DNA of 64,000 nt from Paraphysomonas bandaiensis (Eukaryota > Protista > Chrysophyceae): the NCBI GenBank assembly GCA_965644295.1, contig CBFFRP010000616.1:1-64000 (forward strand). Direction: 5' to 3'. The first letter of the stretch is position 1. Each line of letters opens with the position of its first letter. Below are positions 10,463-23,366 of this stretch, one piece after another. The notes beneath the pieces are model-generated. The model saw nothing but the letters and a program-made list of their open reading frames with translations, did no database searches and was not told where the DNA came from. The position numbers and the translations under genes are program-made.

Positions 10463-11427
10463 TCAGGTTTTATGTTACTTCTTGCTAACGTACATGACGA
10501 ACATGGGGTGTTGTATGAGGCCGAGGATGTACTCAAGAAGGCTGCTAGTATTTATACTTCCTACCCAGGCTCCACCGCTCCCCTTATCTACCTGTAGACA
10601 AGATTCACATGTGCTAGTTTTCTACTGATCCATTTCATGGCTGTGTATAGACTGTATATATGTATGTGCAGTATATCGACTAGACGGCAGAGGGTTTAGG
10701 CTCTGAATGACACTGTGCTGTCAGTTGTGTTCATTCAATCATATTACATGAAGATATGTGTGTATGTATGTCCTGTACAGTGCTAGAGGAGAGGCTAGAG
10801 CTACAGGCAGGCTGTCACATGCATGACACTGACATGACACTGACATGACACTGACACTTCCAGTCATAGTCTACAGAGAGTTGTGCTGTACTATGGAAAA
10901 TCACCACTTTTATCATCATAAAAAGTTAATTTTGTTGGGAAATCAGATTTTTGTGGTCGAAATACAGAACACTCAGCAAGCTGAAGATTTCATTTTTGGA
11001 ACCTCTAAAACAAAAAGCTACTTCTCAGATATTTCCGCTGAAAAGGTGCTTTTTTTATGTCCCTCGTCTGGTTTAATAGTCCTAATTATCCGCTTTTCCA
11101 TGAATATGGGTATTATTTAGGAAGTAGGCTAAAAAAACAGAACTACAATATATGCAGAGCATGCAGAAGCCCTCCACATACATGCACATATACGTACATC
11201 TACATACATACCCGCACAGAGCCGAGACGGCAGTATGTCAGAGTGGAGCCTGTCGTACACTGCACTGCTGTGTATGAGTCACAGTGAGTCATATATATAT
11301 ATGCCGGTGATTGGGTGGCAGGAACCATAACCTCGTGATTGTTTAGAGCTGTGGTGAAGTACGTGTATCTGTCTGTTAATCCGAGTGAAGAGAAGGATCT
11401 ACGAGATATGCAGTAGCTCGACAAGAT

Positions 11428-14400
11428 ATGAATCTTTATACGGATGTTGAGATATTACAAACAGCTATTAATAATCTTGGAATACCGAACACAAGAGAGA
11501 GGTGTGTGATTGTCTGATATATCCTCTTAAGGGGGTGACTGATAGGGGTCATAACAGGTCATTGACTATCATTAAAGCTCATGTAGAGAGCGCTATCCGA
11601 GAGTTGTCTCTTGAGAGTTTTGCTAAGTTTGAGAAAGAGCTCTATGAGGTGCGTATGAATAGAATGAATTAATAAAACTCATGTTTTATATACAGCAAGT
11701 GTTTGCTCTTGTGCATAGTGACCACTCTGCTGAGAAACAGGGAGGCATACGGGCTATACGCGAGCTTATTAACTGCCCCTCTGCCACTGCTGAAGCGAAA
11801 GCAGTGCAGTTTTCAAATGCATTGAGCATAGCTCTCAAAACTAATACTGATTTTGCATTACTAGAGCTTGTTGCAGATGCCCTGGGTCATATGGCGAAGT
11901 ACGCCCCTGTCTCTCACTTGGAATCAGTGGAAAGCGAGTTGACGCGAGCCTTGGAGTGGTTGAGGTGCGTGCGTGTCTTGTGTTCCGGCTTTTAATGATG
12001 ACTTACATTCTCAGGGGAGGTGTGCCACACCGTCGCTTGGCTGCATGCGCTGTCCTTCACCAACTCGCAGAGAACGCCCCTACAATATTTTTTGTTCGGT
12101 GTAAGGAGTTTTTCGAGTTGATATGGGGACCTTTGCGAGATTCCAAGGAACCTATTCGTCTGTGTGCCGCTCGTGCTCTCAGCGCTTGTCTATCTGCCCT
12201 TGAACAACGCACTTATCATCTGCAGTGGTACTGCTGTGTCTACGAACAGGTACTGCTGGGATTTGCACAGGCCACTCCAGAGGCGGTGCATGGGTCGTTG
12301 TTGGTAGTGGCGGAGCTTCTGAAGCACACTGGCGAATTCATGATTCCCCGGTATAAGGAAGTTTGCGTGGCAGTGCTACAATTGCGAGATCACAGGAGCA
12401 AGGTAGTTCGTGCAAGCCTCATTAACCTTATTCCTCGCCTCTCTGAATACTGCAGAGATGCATTTGTCCGGCTATACCTGGATGACTCATTGGACATACT
12501 TATTAAATGCATGAAAACCCCTGAACTAAGGGGCGTGTCTCTGCTATCCATAGGCCGTCTATGTCGTACCATGGGTTCTCACCTATCCTATAGAGTTGAA
12601 GAACTTGTTGCAATAGTGCGTGAAGCGCTGGTCTGTAATACCAATAAGAAGGCAAAGGAGATTCCTTCCGAGGCTCTTAAATGTGTGTCTGATATGGTGT
12701 GTGGCCTGGGAGTGTCATTCCACTATAGGGTACTGGGTCTCCTGGATGCTATGCTTCAGGCGGGACTCACACAAGAGCTTATAGAGGCTCTCGCTGTAAT
12801 AGCCTCCAATATGCCTATGCATAAAGAAGTAGTGCACCAACGTTTGTTAGGAGAGATCATCAAGGTGCTAGGTGGTGTCACTTTAGGGTCAGGGGAGCAA
12901 GCCTCTTCTTCCGCCCCAAAGACGAGTCGTTTGTGGCCATTTCGTTCTTCAAAGACTGTCGATCCTCCAGCCCCTGAGGCGCCTGCCAAGGGCACTTCAC
13001 TATCGCACAAGAGTCATACGCCAGGATCCAAGAAAGCTGCTGCACCTCATCGCGTGAGGAAGTCGTTCGCCCCTGTGGTAGTGCCATCTGGAGGGCCTGG
13101 AAATTTGGGGGGCGTAGATGGAGGACTTGGAGTGCAATCTACAGCTCTCTCTGTCGCGGGCCCTGCGGATCTTGTGGGGACCGGGGGGAGTTCGATGATT
13201 CTGCGGGATGAAGTTGTGCCTAAACCTCGCAACTACAACTCTGACTTGGTGCTGCTAGCTATGCGCACTCTGAGGATGCTTTCGACCCCTAGTAGCGGAC
13301 TGCTGGTTCTAGTCCACAGGTAGATGATAACACACTATGCCGTGTGAAGTTATAATACGATGTTGTTTGGTGTTTAGGTATGTCCTTCCGTTTTTGATGG
13401 CAAAGGAAGAGATAGTCAGAGAAGAGGCTGCTGTCACTGCGGCGAAGTTGATATCACCCACCGCCCAGTCTTGCAGTAACAGAGGCCCGACAGCAGATGC
13501 GGTGGAAATTGTACTATCCCGGCTGCTTGAGGTGACCGTCGTTGACAGCTCAGTAGTAGTTCGCATGAAAGTTCTTAAAAGTGTTGACAAGTACTTCGAT
13601 CGTCACTTGGGACAGATGCACCATCTCTCTACTCTCATGTACCTTACTTCAGATGAAAACTTCGACATTCGAGTGACGGCCATTGAACTACTAGGAAAGT
13701 TGGCGGACAAAAATCCAGCGATTGTCCTTCCGAATATGCGACAGGTATTTAAGCACTTGATATCCCAGTTGCAGACTGGCCCTGATACGAGACTCAAAGA
13801 AGAAGCCGCGCTTACAATATGTGTGTTTTTCCGCTCTGTTCCGCTGCACCGCATCGTAACCCCCTTCGTACGAACCATGATCCATGCGTTGCCCTTGGAC
13901 ACTGACGTACGGCTGACAACTGCCGGAATGGAGGCTCTGGGTGAGTTATGTCAAGTGATGCGACAAAACATGCTTTTGCATGCGGATGAATTGCTGCCTA
14001 TCATAATCATGAACCTGCACGACCGGAGCTCCAAGAAAAAGCAGGAGGTGGCGGCGCGAACCCTAGGACAGTTGGTATCGGCATCAGGCTTGGTGGTAGC
14101 ACCCTATTTGCAGTATCCGCAGCTTCTACCGGACACACTGGAGCTGCTCGGTAAGGGCGTGGCTAGTGTACCATGGACTTTGCGACGGGAGATCCTTAGA
14201 ACCCTTGGACTGATTGGTGCTTTAGATCCACGCAAATATGAACATGTCCTGGGTCAGTTGAGCACAACCAATAGAGAGAAGGACTCCACGGAAATATCGC
14301 TCACTAAGATCTGCAGATCCAATGTGGGCGAGCTTTATCTTGGGGAGGGAACAGTGCGGAAATGGAGCGAAGACGCCACGCAAACAGAGCACACAGATTC

Positions 14401-17400
14401 CACCATACGGGTTACCAAGTGGCAAAGGGACAGGTCAGGTAGTATGGCGAGAGGCGACGTGGAGGATGACACTACACCCAAGAACGCTCACACTGAAGCT
14501 CTTGTACGGGCTGCAATTCAGATAAACGGCGTGGAGGCTGACATGCCCTCTCATCGAATAATGTATGAACTGACCGTGATGAGAGCTCAGAGTTATCCCA
14601 CGGCGCCAGATGTACCACGGCTTACCCCCAGCTCTGAGGACTACTATCCGCGTGTGGCAATATCATGCTTAATGAAGATCTTGCGTGACTCTACACTTAG
14701 TGTGCATCACCCGTCAGTTACGCAAGCTATAATGTTCATATTTAAGTTTCTGGGCATGCAGTCTGTACAGTACCTCGAGGAAATCCTTCCCTATCTTTTG
14801 CAAGTACTCAGAAAGTGTAGCCCTGGGCTAAGAGAAAGTCTGCTTCATCAGATATCAATGCTGGCATCAATTGCACAGTACCACTTGGCTCCTTATATGG
14901 ACACGCTCTTTGAGGTTATATCTGAGTTCTGGTCAGAGCACTCAGAGCACGTACTTGAGCTAGTGGAATACCTTTCAAAATATGTTAACGAAGAAATCCG
15001 CAGGTTTGTTCCCCGTATCCTCAATCTCTTGATATCTAGTCTTGTGGTGCCGAAAAGTGAGTATTCCCAGAGAAGTACTCCTCATGCACCTGTTGCACAG
15101 GCCCCTGGAACTGTAATCGAGCAACTCAGCTACTTATCGATGAAGAAGCTCAAGAGGCTACTACGTTGCATCAGCGCGATGCGTCTACTACTCACCCCAC
15201 ACCTCGATTTGGTGATACCTGCTATATGCAAGCTTATCCATCAATTGCAAGAGCTGAAGCTGTTCGCCCATGAGCTGGTTGCAATGTGTGTGCGCACGTT
15301 GTATCTAGTATCCATACATGCCTCACTTCTAGACTGCCCGCATGTGGTCTCACGGGCAATTCACACTCTCATTCGCACTTTAGAACAAACGAAGTCTGTG
15401 TGCTCTGCACGGCAGGCTCAACCAATATACCTAATATCGGTAAAGTTCGCCTGTGCGGCTGCCTCGCAGCTGGAGCGGCGATTTTTGGTCTTTGATCGTT
15501 CCCTGAGAGATGTATTCAACAGTTGCAAGATTGACATGGAGGAATACGACAGCGTTATACAGACGATAAAATCCGGCAGGCACTGTGCTCACTCCTTCCC
15601 TTTTGAGGATGATATTGACATAGATATAGATACTTTGGATGAGGATTCTCCGTCGACGTTATCGTCTCAATTTTCTTTAGGTGTGGAACTGCTAGGTGAT
15701 AGTAATAACGATAAGAGGGATGGGTTCAAGTTTGTACAGGACTCTACTTTGTATCGTGGTAGCAATCCAGGTGCCATGAACGGTGTTACGAAGCACTCTA
15801 TCAATCAACAACAGCTCCAGAAGGCCTGGGATGTCAGTCAACGCAGCACAGCCTCAGATTGGAATGCCTGGTTTAGACGATTCTCAGTCCAGATGCTGAT
15901 AGAGTCGCCTTCGCCTGCAATGCGTGCATGTGCTGTTTTAGCGCAAGCATATTTTCCTCTGGCTCGGGAATTATTTCAGGCCGCTTTCGTGTCGTGCTGG
16001 AATGAACTCAATGATCAGTATCAAGAAAACCTTGTGCGATCATTGCATATCGCGTTTCACTCGTCTACGATACCTCCTGAGATACTGCTTGTGCTGCTCA
16101 ACTTGGCTGAATTTATGGAGCACGACGTGGATGCCCTACCAATCGACCCTAGAACACTCGCCGAGCTGGCTGAGAAGAGTCATGCTTACGCTAAAGCTCT
16201 GCACTATCGAGAGTTGGAGTTCCGTACTTCGCCGTCGACGTGTTTCGAGAGTTTGATTAACATTAATAAGAAACTGAGTTTGTACGACAGTGCCTATGGT
16301 GTACTGCGCATGGTACAAAAGCGACAGGAAATGCAACAAGATTTTGAGGTTGCAGTACATGAGGACTGGCTAGCCAACCTTGGTAGGTGGGACGAAGCTC
16401 TAAAAATATATGAAAAGAATTTGTCGGTGGACCCCACTGACAACGATTCCATTCTGGGAAAAGCGAAATGTTTAAATGCGATTGGTAAATGGGAGGATGC
16501 ATTGGAACTGCTCTTGCCAAATATCGACAGAATGGAAGCCAAAGCTAATAAATACGTCTCTGTGAAAGCTTCCATAATTGGTAAAAATATTCTTTAAGTT
16601 CTTTCTGTATAAATGTTTTGGAATGCAGGCGCAAGGGCAGCTTGGACACTCAATAGGTGGGATACTATGGACTCATTTGTCCAGCGGCTACCTGCAGATA
16701 ACACTGACTCAACCTTCATGAAGGCCGTTCTGGCTGTGCACAATGAAGATTTCGATACCTCCGCGGTATATATTGATCGCACTCGCAAGCACCTTGATGA
16801 CAATGTGAGTGCCAATGTATACTTTTAACGTATGTACGTAATGACGTGCTCAGATGACTGCTCTGTTGGCTGAGTCATATAGTCGAGCGTATGTTTCCTT
16901 TGTCATGACGCAGCAACTCAGTGAGCTTGAGGAAATCATAGAATACAAACTCTTGCTTAAGCAGACGGGGTTACCTAGGAAGAGCTCAGGATCTGTTGGT
17001 AGTGCGAGCAGTCTCTCTCAGCTGGATACTGGGTTTGCGAACACGGGTGGGACATACAGACAGCGGGGTGCTCAAGGTGAGAAGTGTATTACTGTATTAT
17101 ATTTACTGTGTGATGACATGGCATGTCGTAGGTGCTATAATATCCCACCAGAATTCGGAGGAAAGCTTACCTGATGCCACTGGATACGGTACCACCCGTC
17201 ATATGCTAGCTGCTGATGTTGGCAACAGAAAGGCATTCCTCATAGATAAGTGGCGAAAGCGTATTCGTGGATGTTTGTCGTCTGGAAAGGCGGCTATCCC
17301 GCACTGGCAACGGCTGTTGAATCTGCGGCGCATGGTTGCTGGAGAGAGGGAAGATGTAGATACGTGGCTAGACTTTGCAACTTTATGTCGACATAGCGAT

Positions 17401-20400
17401 AACTTGCCTCTTGCTCAACGGGTGCTCGGTCTAGCCGTGGATGATCACCTAAATGCGAGTCTTCTGGAGAATTTCGTGCCTTCTCCTGCTGGTGGTTTAA
17501 ATGCGAGTTCATTGTCTCCATATCCCAACATATCATCCCCTCTTCCTATGCCCCCCTATCTGAGAGCTTCTGGAAGTTACGGCAGTCAAGGTCATGGTCT
17601 GAACACTCTTGAAAACACCGCACAAAATGCGGCTGGGAAGGCTCATGTGGATACACACGCACTTGCTGTAGATTATCGTATTGAACTGGAGAAATTACGA
17701 TTAAAATGGTCATTAGGTCACAAGAAATACGCTGCTGAACAACTTACCCGAATCGTTGGGCAGCTTAGTAGAAGTAGCTCTCTAAATACGCCATCTTTGG
17801 AACTCTCGAGCGTGCACTTGAAATGTCTTCTGAAGCTTGGGGACTGGAAGGTGAGGCTGCTGGGTCCGGGCGTAGTGATGGATCAAAAAACAAGGGTAGA
17901 TATTATTCAGCTCTACTGTCAGGCCACTCGTGTGAACCCTAAGAGTTACCAGGCTTGGCACGAGTGGGGTCTTGCGAATTTATACGCCGTACAAGAACAT
18001 AGTGAGCTTAGAAGTAATGGGTTAACCAGATCTGACTCAGCGACCCTATTAAGTCGCCGTCTACGTCGTCCTTCTATCCCTGTGGAACATATTCAAACTT
18101 TCGTAGAAAATGCTCTTCGTGGACTTTTTCACGCTATATCTCTTGGTACATCAAAGTCATGTGCAAGTGTAATGCAAGACATGCTTTGTGTATTGAATTT
18201 CTGGTTCAAGTACGGCGAGCACCCAGATGTGGCTGAGGTAGTACGCCATGGACTCGCGACATCACCGTTGGATAGTTGGCTGGGTGTACTTCCCCAGCTG
18301 ATAGCCCGCATTCACCACGAAGGGGATATTGCGAGGTGGCAGCTCCACGAGCTCCTTGGTAGACTCGGTACATGTCATGCCCAAGCCCTTATGTACCCGC
18401 TATCGGTGGCTCTTCAGAGTCCTCGAACAGACCGCAAAGAGGCGGCTGAGTTACTTTTGCTGAACATGAGGCAGCACAGTGCAAAACTAATCGATCAATC
18501 TGTGCTGGTGTCACAAGAGCTGATCCGCATTGCCATACTATGGGATGAGGAGTGGTACGCAACCCTTGAGGACGCCAGTCGACTGTACTTCGGAGAAGGC
18601 AACATTCAGGGAATGTTAGATCTTCTTTTACCTCTTCACGACAAAGTTTCATCGGGTCCAAATACTAATTCAGAGGTTGCGTTCTGCCAGGCTTATGGAT
18701 CTGAGATCAGAGAGGCCTTTAACTGTCTGCAAGCGTATCAGCGTATCATGGCCGAATCCAACAAGCCCATACCGACATCCGGGGCAGTACCTAGTGCCCG
18801 TTCTGCCCACATCCCAATGAGTCGCGAAGAGACATGTCTGGCTCAAGCATGGGACATCTACATACCTGTATTCAAACGTATTCACCCCATGCTCAGACAG
18901 ATCACTTCACACAACCTCGTCAACGTGTCCCCTGCTTTGCTCAAAGCGAGTAACCTGGATTTAGCGGTGCCTGGGACATACACTCTGCATGGAGAGGCTG
19001 TCCGCATTCAGAGTTTTAGAGCTCATGTGGCTGTAATAACATCTAAGCAATTACCCCGTAAAATCCGTCTTGTTGGCCACAACGGTTTAGAGTATGTTTT
19101 CTTACTGAAAGGGCACGAAGACTTACGACAAGACGAGAGGGCGATGCAGCTGTTTGGCCTCGTCAACGCCCTACTTCAGCATGACAGACGGACAGAGGAT
19201 TATGACTTAGACATACAGAGGTACGCCGTGGTCCCACTTAGTCCGAATGTAGGCCTTGTGGGATGGGTCCCTCGGTGTGACACTCTTCACGACCTCATCA
19301 GGAGCTACAGGGACCGGAAGAAAGTTATGCTCGATGTTGAGCACCGACTCATGAACCAACTATGTCCTACTAAATTATATGAATCACTATCGTCGATTCA
19401 AAAGCTCGAGGTATTCGAATACGCACTCAAGAACACCAGTGGCGAGGATCTTCACAAGATCCTCTGGTACTACTCTACATCAAGCGAGTCGTGGATTATA
19501 AGAAGGGGCCAGTATACCAAGAGCTTGGCTGTTATGTCCGTAGTTGGGTATGTTCTGGGACTGGGTGATAGACACCCCTCCAATCTCATGTTGGAACGGT
19601 CGTCTTGTAAAATCCTTCACATAGATTTCGGTGACTGCTTTGAAGTAGCGATGCATAGGGATAAGTTTCCAGAGAAGATTCCATTCCGCCTGACTCGCAT
19701 GCTGGTTATGGCGATGGAAGTATCAGGGATAGAAGGAACTTTTCGACTCACCTGCGAACGCGTCATGAAAGTCATGCGTGAGAACCGTGACAGTCTAATC
19801 GCTGTACTTGAAGCCTTCGTACACGATCCTCTTATATCCTGGAGACTGCTGAACCCGAACAGGTGTGTTGTTGTGTCACCTGTGCATTACATGTAGTTGT
19901 AAGGATTTTATAATGTGCGATTTTGTGAGATTGTTTTATTGTTTATCATAGAGACAACACCATACGAGGACCTGAATCGAAGAAACGGACGGCACATAAG
20001 TCGACCAGTTCGGTGGACGGTTCTACAGCGCCCCCGGGGCCAACAGAGGGTGACCACTCACTTCGACAACGTCCAGATCAACCTACGAAGCCTGCTGATG
20101 TCTCTCCTCCGGCAGATATTCCGCAGGCAAAAGGAGTATCTGCTGCCCCTACAACGGTAGCAAGCAATGTCAACCCCGCCGTACCACGCGCAAGATTGAC
20201 GGCAATTCCCTCTCACGTGCTACAAGAGGCAACTCTGTCCCGTATGTCTAGTGACGAGAGTGATATGGATCTTGACAATGCTAGCGATATGGAGGGATCG
20301 CCCAAGGCACAGCGCACCCACGCATATGTTCACCAGCACGTGCCGTCCCCAAATATTCCTGTACAGCGTACTGCTGTGTTTGGCACCCCTGATGAGGGAC

Positions 20401-20972
20401 AGGACCTTGGGGGGTCAAGGGCCCCTGTTCAGACGAAGGAGGGAGAAGGGGGAGAAAGTGGTGTCACGCACGTTCAGGCGCAAGTTCAGCAGTCTGACGT
20501 AGGTGACTACTCTGTTGGTGATGGGGAGACGCTTGGGCTGGAGTATGACGTGGTCACCGTTGAGAGGACGCGCTCGGACTCAATGTGTCGAAAGTCCAGC
20601 TATCGGCCGAATGCACACTTGGAGCTTATGAATATGGCCGCATCTACATCATTGAGGCGCTCTGTATCGGCCAGTGTCGATAAGTCTGTGGTGTATAGTA
20701 TAGCCAATACGCGCCACAGAAGTGAGAGCACGGCCAATATGACATACGCGGATGGAACAAAGACCTCACAAATAGAGCTTACGGACAAGGCTGTCACCGT
20801 CGTTCATCGCGTTATGGATAAGCTGACAGGTCTAGATTTCCACGATAGCAGTGTTGCTGTCAACAACAAGCCCGCTTTGGACATATCCGAACAGATAGAC
20901 AGGCTCATCAAACAGGCAACATCAAATGAAAACCTGAGTTCTTGTTTCAGTGGGTGGTGTGCCTTCTGGTAG
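11428..20972 (+). CDS. TOR: Target of rapamycin kinase (multi-exon)
   Basis: HEAT repeats, FAT ([10 protein letters not shown]), FRB ([17 protein letters not shown]), PIKK ([30 protein letters not shown]) and FATC ending GWCAFW*. Spliced by short GT-AG introns from ATG 11428 ([10 protein letters not shown]..). Confidence 0.97.
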
Positions 20973-21339
20973 TACAATAATAATGTAATATGGTTGTGGT
21001 GAGAACATAATAATACATGCTTTCCATTATACATGTCATGTTTATAGCTTTACATCTTGTGCACGAGTTATGGTCACAACTTATATTCGCAACATATTAT
21101 ATTGAATGAGTTGATGGCCCTGATAAAATTTCATCTTTGTTGTGTAACAGTGCGTGGCAGTTGTAGTGATGACGAAGCATATAACAACTCTATTTTATTG
21201 ACCTTACGGTTAGAAAATGTAAATGTACTAAAATTCCACAAACAACTGAGGAGAATAACAATATAATTTATTTTATAGATTTGTGACAGTGAAACCAAGG
21301 AAAGGTAAGAATGGAGTTTTAGTTAATTGAGTGTCGAAG

Positions 21340-23280
21340 TGGTAGCGAAACAGTGATAGCTCAGACATTCAAAATTCAGACATCTTGAAGTCATTACCGA
21401 AGAATAATCAGTTTCGAATAGTCCATTGAACTAATAAATTGAAAGTATGGCTGCTAGAAACCATTTGGTATTGGGGAATAAACCAGTGAGACCAGCAGAC
21501 AATGCACCGACACTACTCGAAAACATTATCCGGAAGTCCTGGAGAAGTACCTGCATGAACCTTATCTTAAGAGCAGTTCAACCTGCATCAAAGGCACTTG
21601 AGATAGTAGCTTACACTTCCTATTCTAAGTAGTAATTGTTATCTAATATCCTTATTACATTCTTGTTTCGCGGAAAGACGAAAGTGACGCTTATCCATAT
21701 GGAGACTATAATAAGCAGCACGAACTTTGCGTAAACGTGCTGACTACTTGTAGCTGAGGATAGTGACAATGCAGCTTATTTTATTATGTTATGATATAGC
21801 GAATTACAATGAATATCGAGACTCTGTGCTTTCAAGCTCTAAAAGCGCTGTAACAAGCTCACCGTTCTCCGTCACGAGAGCGGAGAAAAGTAAGAGCGAC
21901 AATATCAGTTTATTTGCATTCGGGATCTAATGGATTCCAATAAGTCTGTGGATTTTAGCTGTTCTGGAGATGATACAGATGTTTCTTAATCTATTCTTGC
22001 TGTACTTTTTCCCATTTTTTCTTCTTCATTTTAGACGAGGGCCCAGAGCCTATGAACTATGAACTCCTCTATTCTAATACCAGTCATAATATTATTATAT
22101 TATGGAGGAAGTAATACCACAGTAGGCTCGTATATGTATGTAAGTGCCACTCTTGTAAACAAGCGGAACAATTATGGTTACTAGTAATATAATGAATCAT
22201 GAATACATAAACTGCTAAAACGACAACTAAATTCCAACGGTCACACGTATTCTTTATACTATAAGGTGTACATGCATGTTGAGTTCTGTTATAGGAGAGC
22301 AATTGAAAGCTGTAGTTATAAGATATTGAAATTATAACCGTTACGAGTAGTATACATTTGTGGTTAACTGTATAATGAAAGTAAATATTATGACGATGAG
22401 TATATTATATAGTAGTGAAACGGAATATATAGTGACATGAAAGTTTGTGACGACATAATATCGAACGAGAAATGAGTGGTAGTAGAGATAGCATGAAATA
22501 TTGTTTATAACTTTATAATCCAAGCATAATTGTTCAGTCATGTCCAAACATAAAGGAACATAAAATAAACTTATGATCAAATTCTTGGTGTCTCAACTAC
22601 CAATCAATCACTTCCATATAATCTGAGATATCATGATCTTACACGATCAATAAATCAGTTTCACTACTACGATTGCTATTATGACATTATTTCTCATAGT
22701 ACAGTTAACCGCTTCTGTATTCTTCCATTAACAGTCATAAGTCATATATATTTGAACTCAGCTTTTAATTGCTCTCAAACAGCAGAACGCGACAGCCTTG
22801 CAGAGATAAAGGCCTAATTTAGCAATGTTGAACATGGTGGGAGAGGTAGAACATATTTTAAACTCGAGTCACCCGAGGGATAGTAGGTTACGTTCATCTT
22901 GATCACATAACTAATAGAGATAAGTACACAAAATTGTTCGGATTGCTTGATAAGATTTAAAAAGCTCTGTTACCGAGCGTCCTATGAGAAAGAGGGTCGT
23001 AGCGATGTGCAAGACGGAGTCGACAACTATTCATACAGAAGTCTATTTGGGGCCATGCTGTATGCCAATCAATACTCGACCTGGTATATTGCCTATGCTG
23101 TTGATTTATGCGTTTAGGCCGACACTAATAGCACGTAGACCAATTTCTTCTACAGTAGTAGGTTTTAAGGAAACATTTTCAATTTACATATCTTAGCTGA
23201 TGCAGATTGGGCTGGAAAGATTATCTCGTCGATCATACATTGTGCTTGCTGCGGGAGGGCCGCTTACTTGTCAAGCAATC
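21340..23280 (+). mobile_element. Degenerate copia remnant cluster related to Copia-B
   Basis: PBS-like TGGTAGCG at 21340, then decayed gag (LPKNNQF..KVWL..RNHLVLG.KP.RPADNA, compare Copia-B). Decayed RT/RH at 22830-23270 includes GATGCAGATTGGGCTGGA (DADWAG). Confidence 0.75.
22277..22794. repeat. Two diverged Copia-B-type LTR pieces in opposite orientation
   Basis: TGTTGAGTTCTGTTATAGGAGAGCAATTGAAAGCTG at 22277 (+), and the reverse-complement start ..CAGCTTTTAATTGCTCTCAAACAGCAGAACGCGACA ending at 22794 (-). Confidence 0.7.
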
Positions 23281-23366
23281 TTTATAATCTAGTAAATCAA
23301 TTATATACCACAAATTTATACCACGTAATGAGATTCTATACACTTTCGACACAATATGTAAGCTTC

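Noticed and set aside
10480-10600. Possible minus-strand exon (VDKGSGGAWVGSINTSSLLEYILGLIQHPMFV) of a gene whose intron would contain Copia-A
   Set aside because: Splice-like borders exist, but there is no convincing start, no unique downstream exon and no family match.
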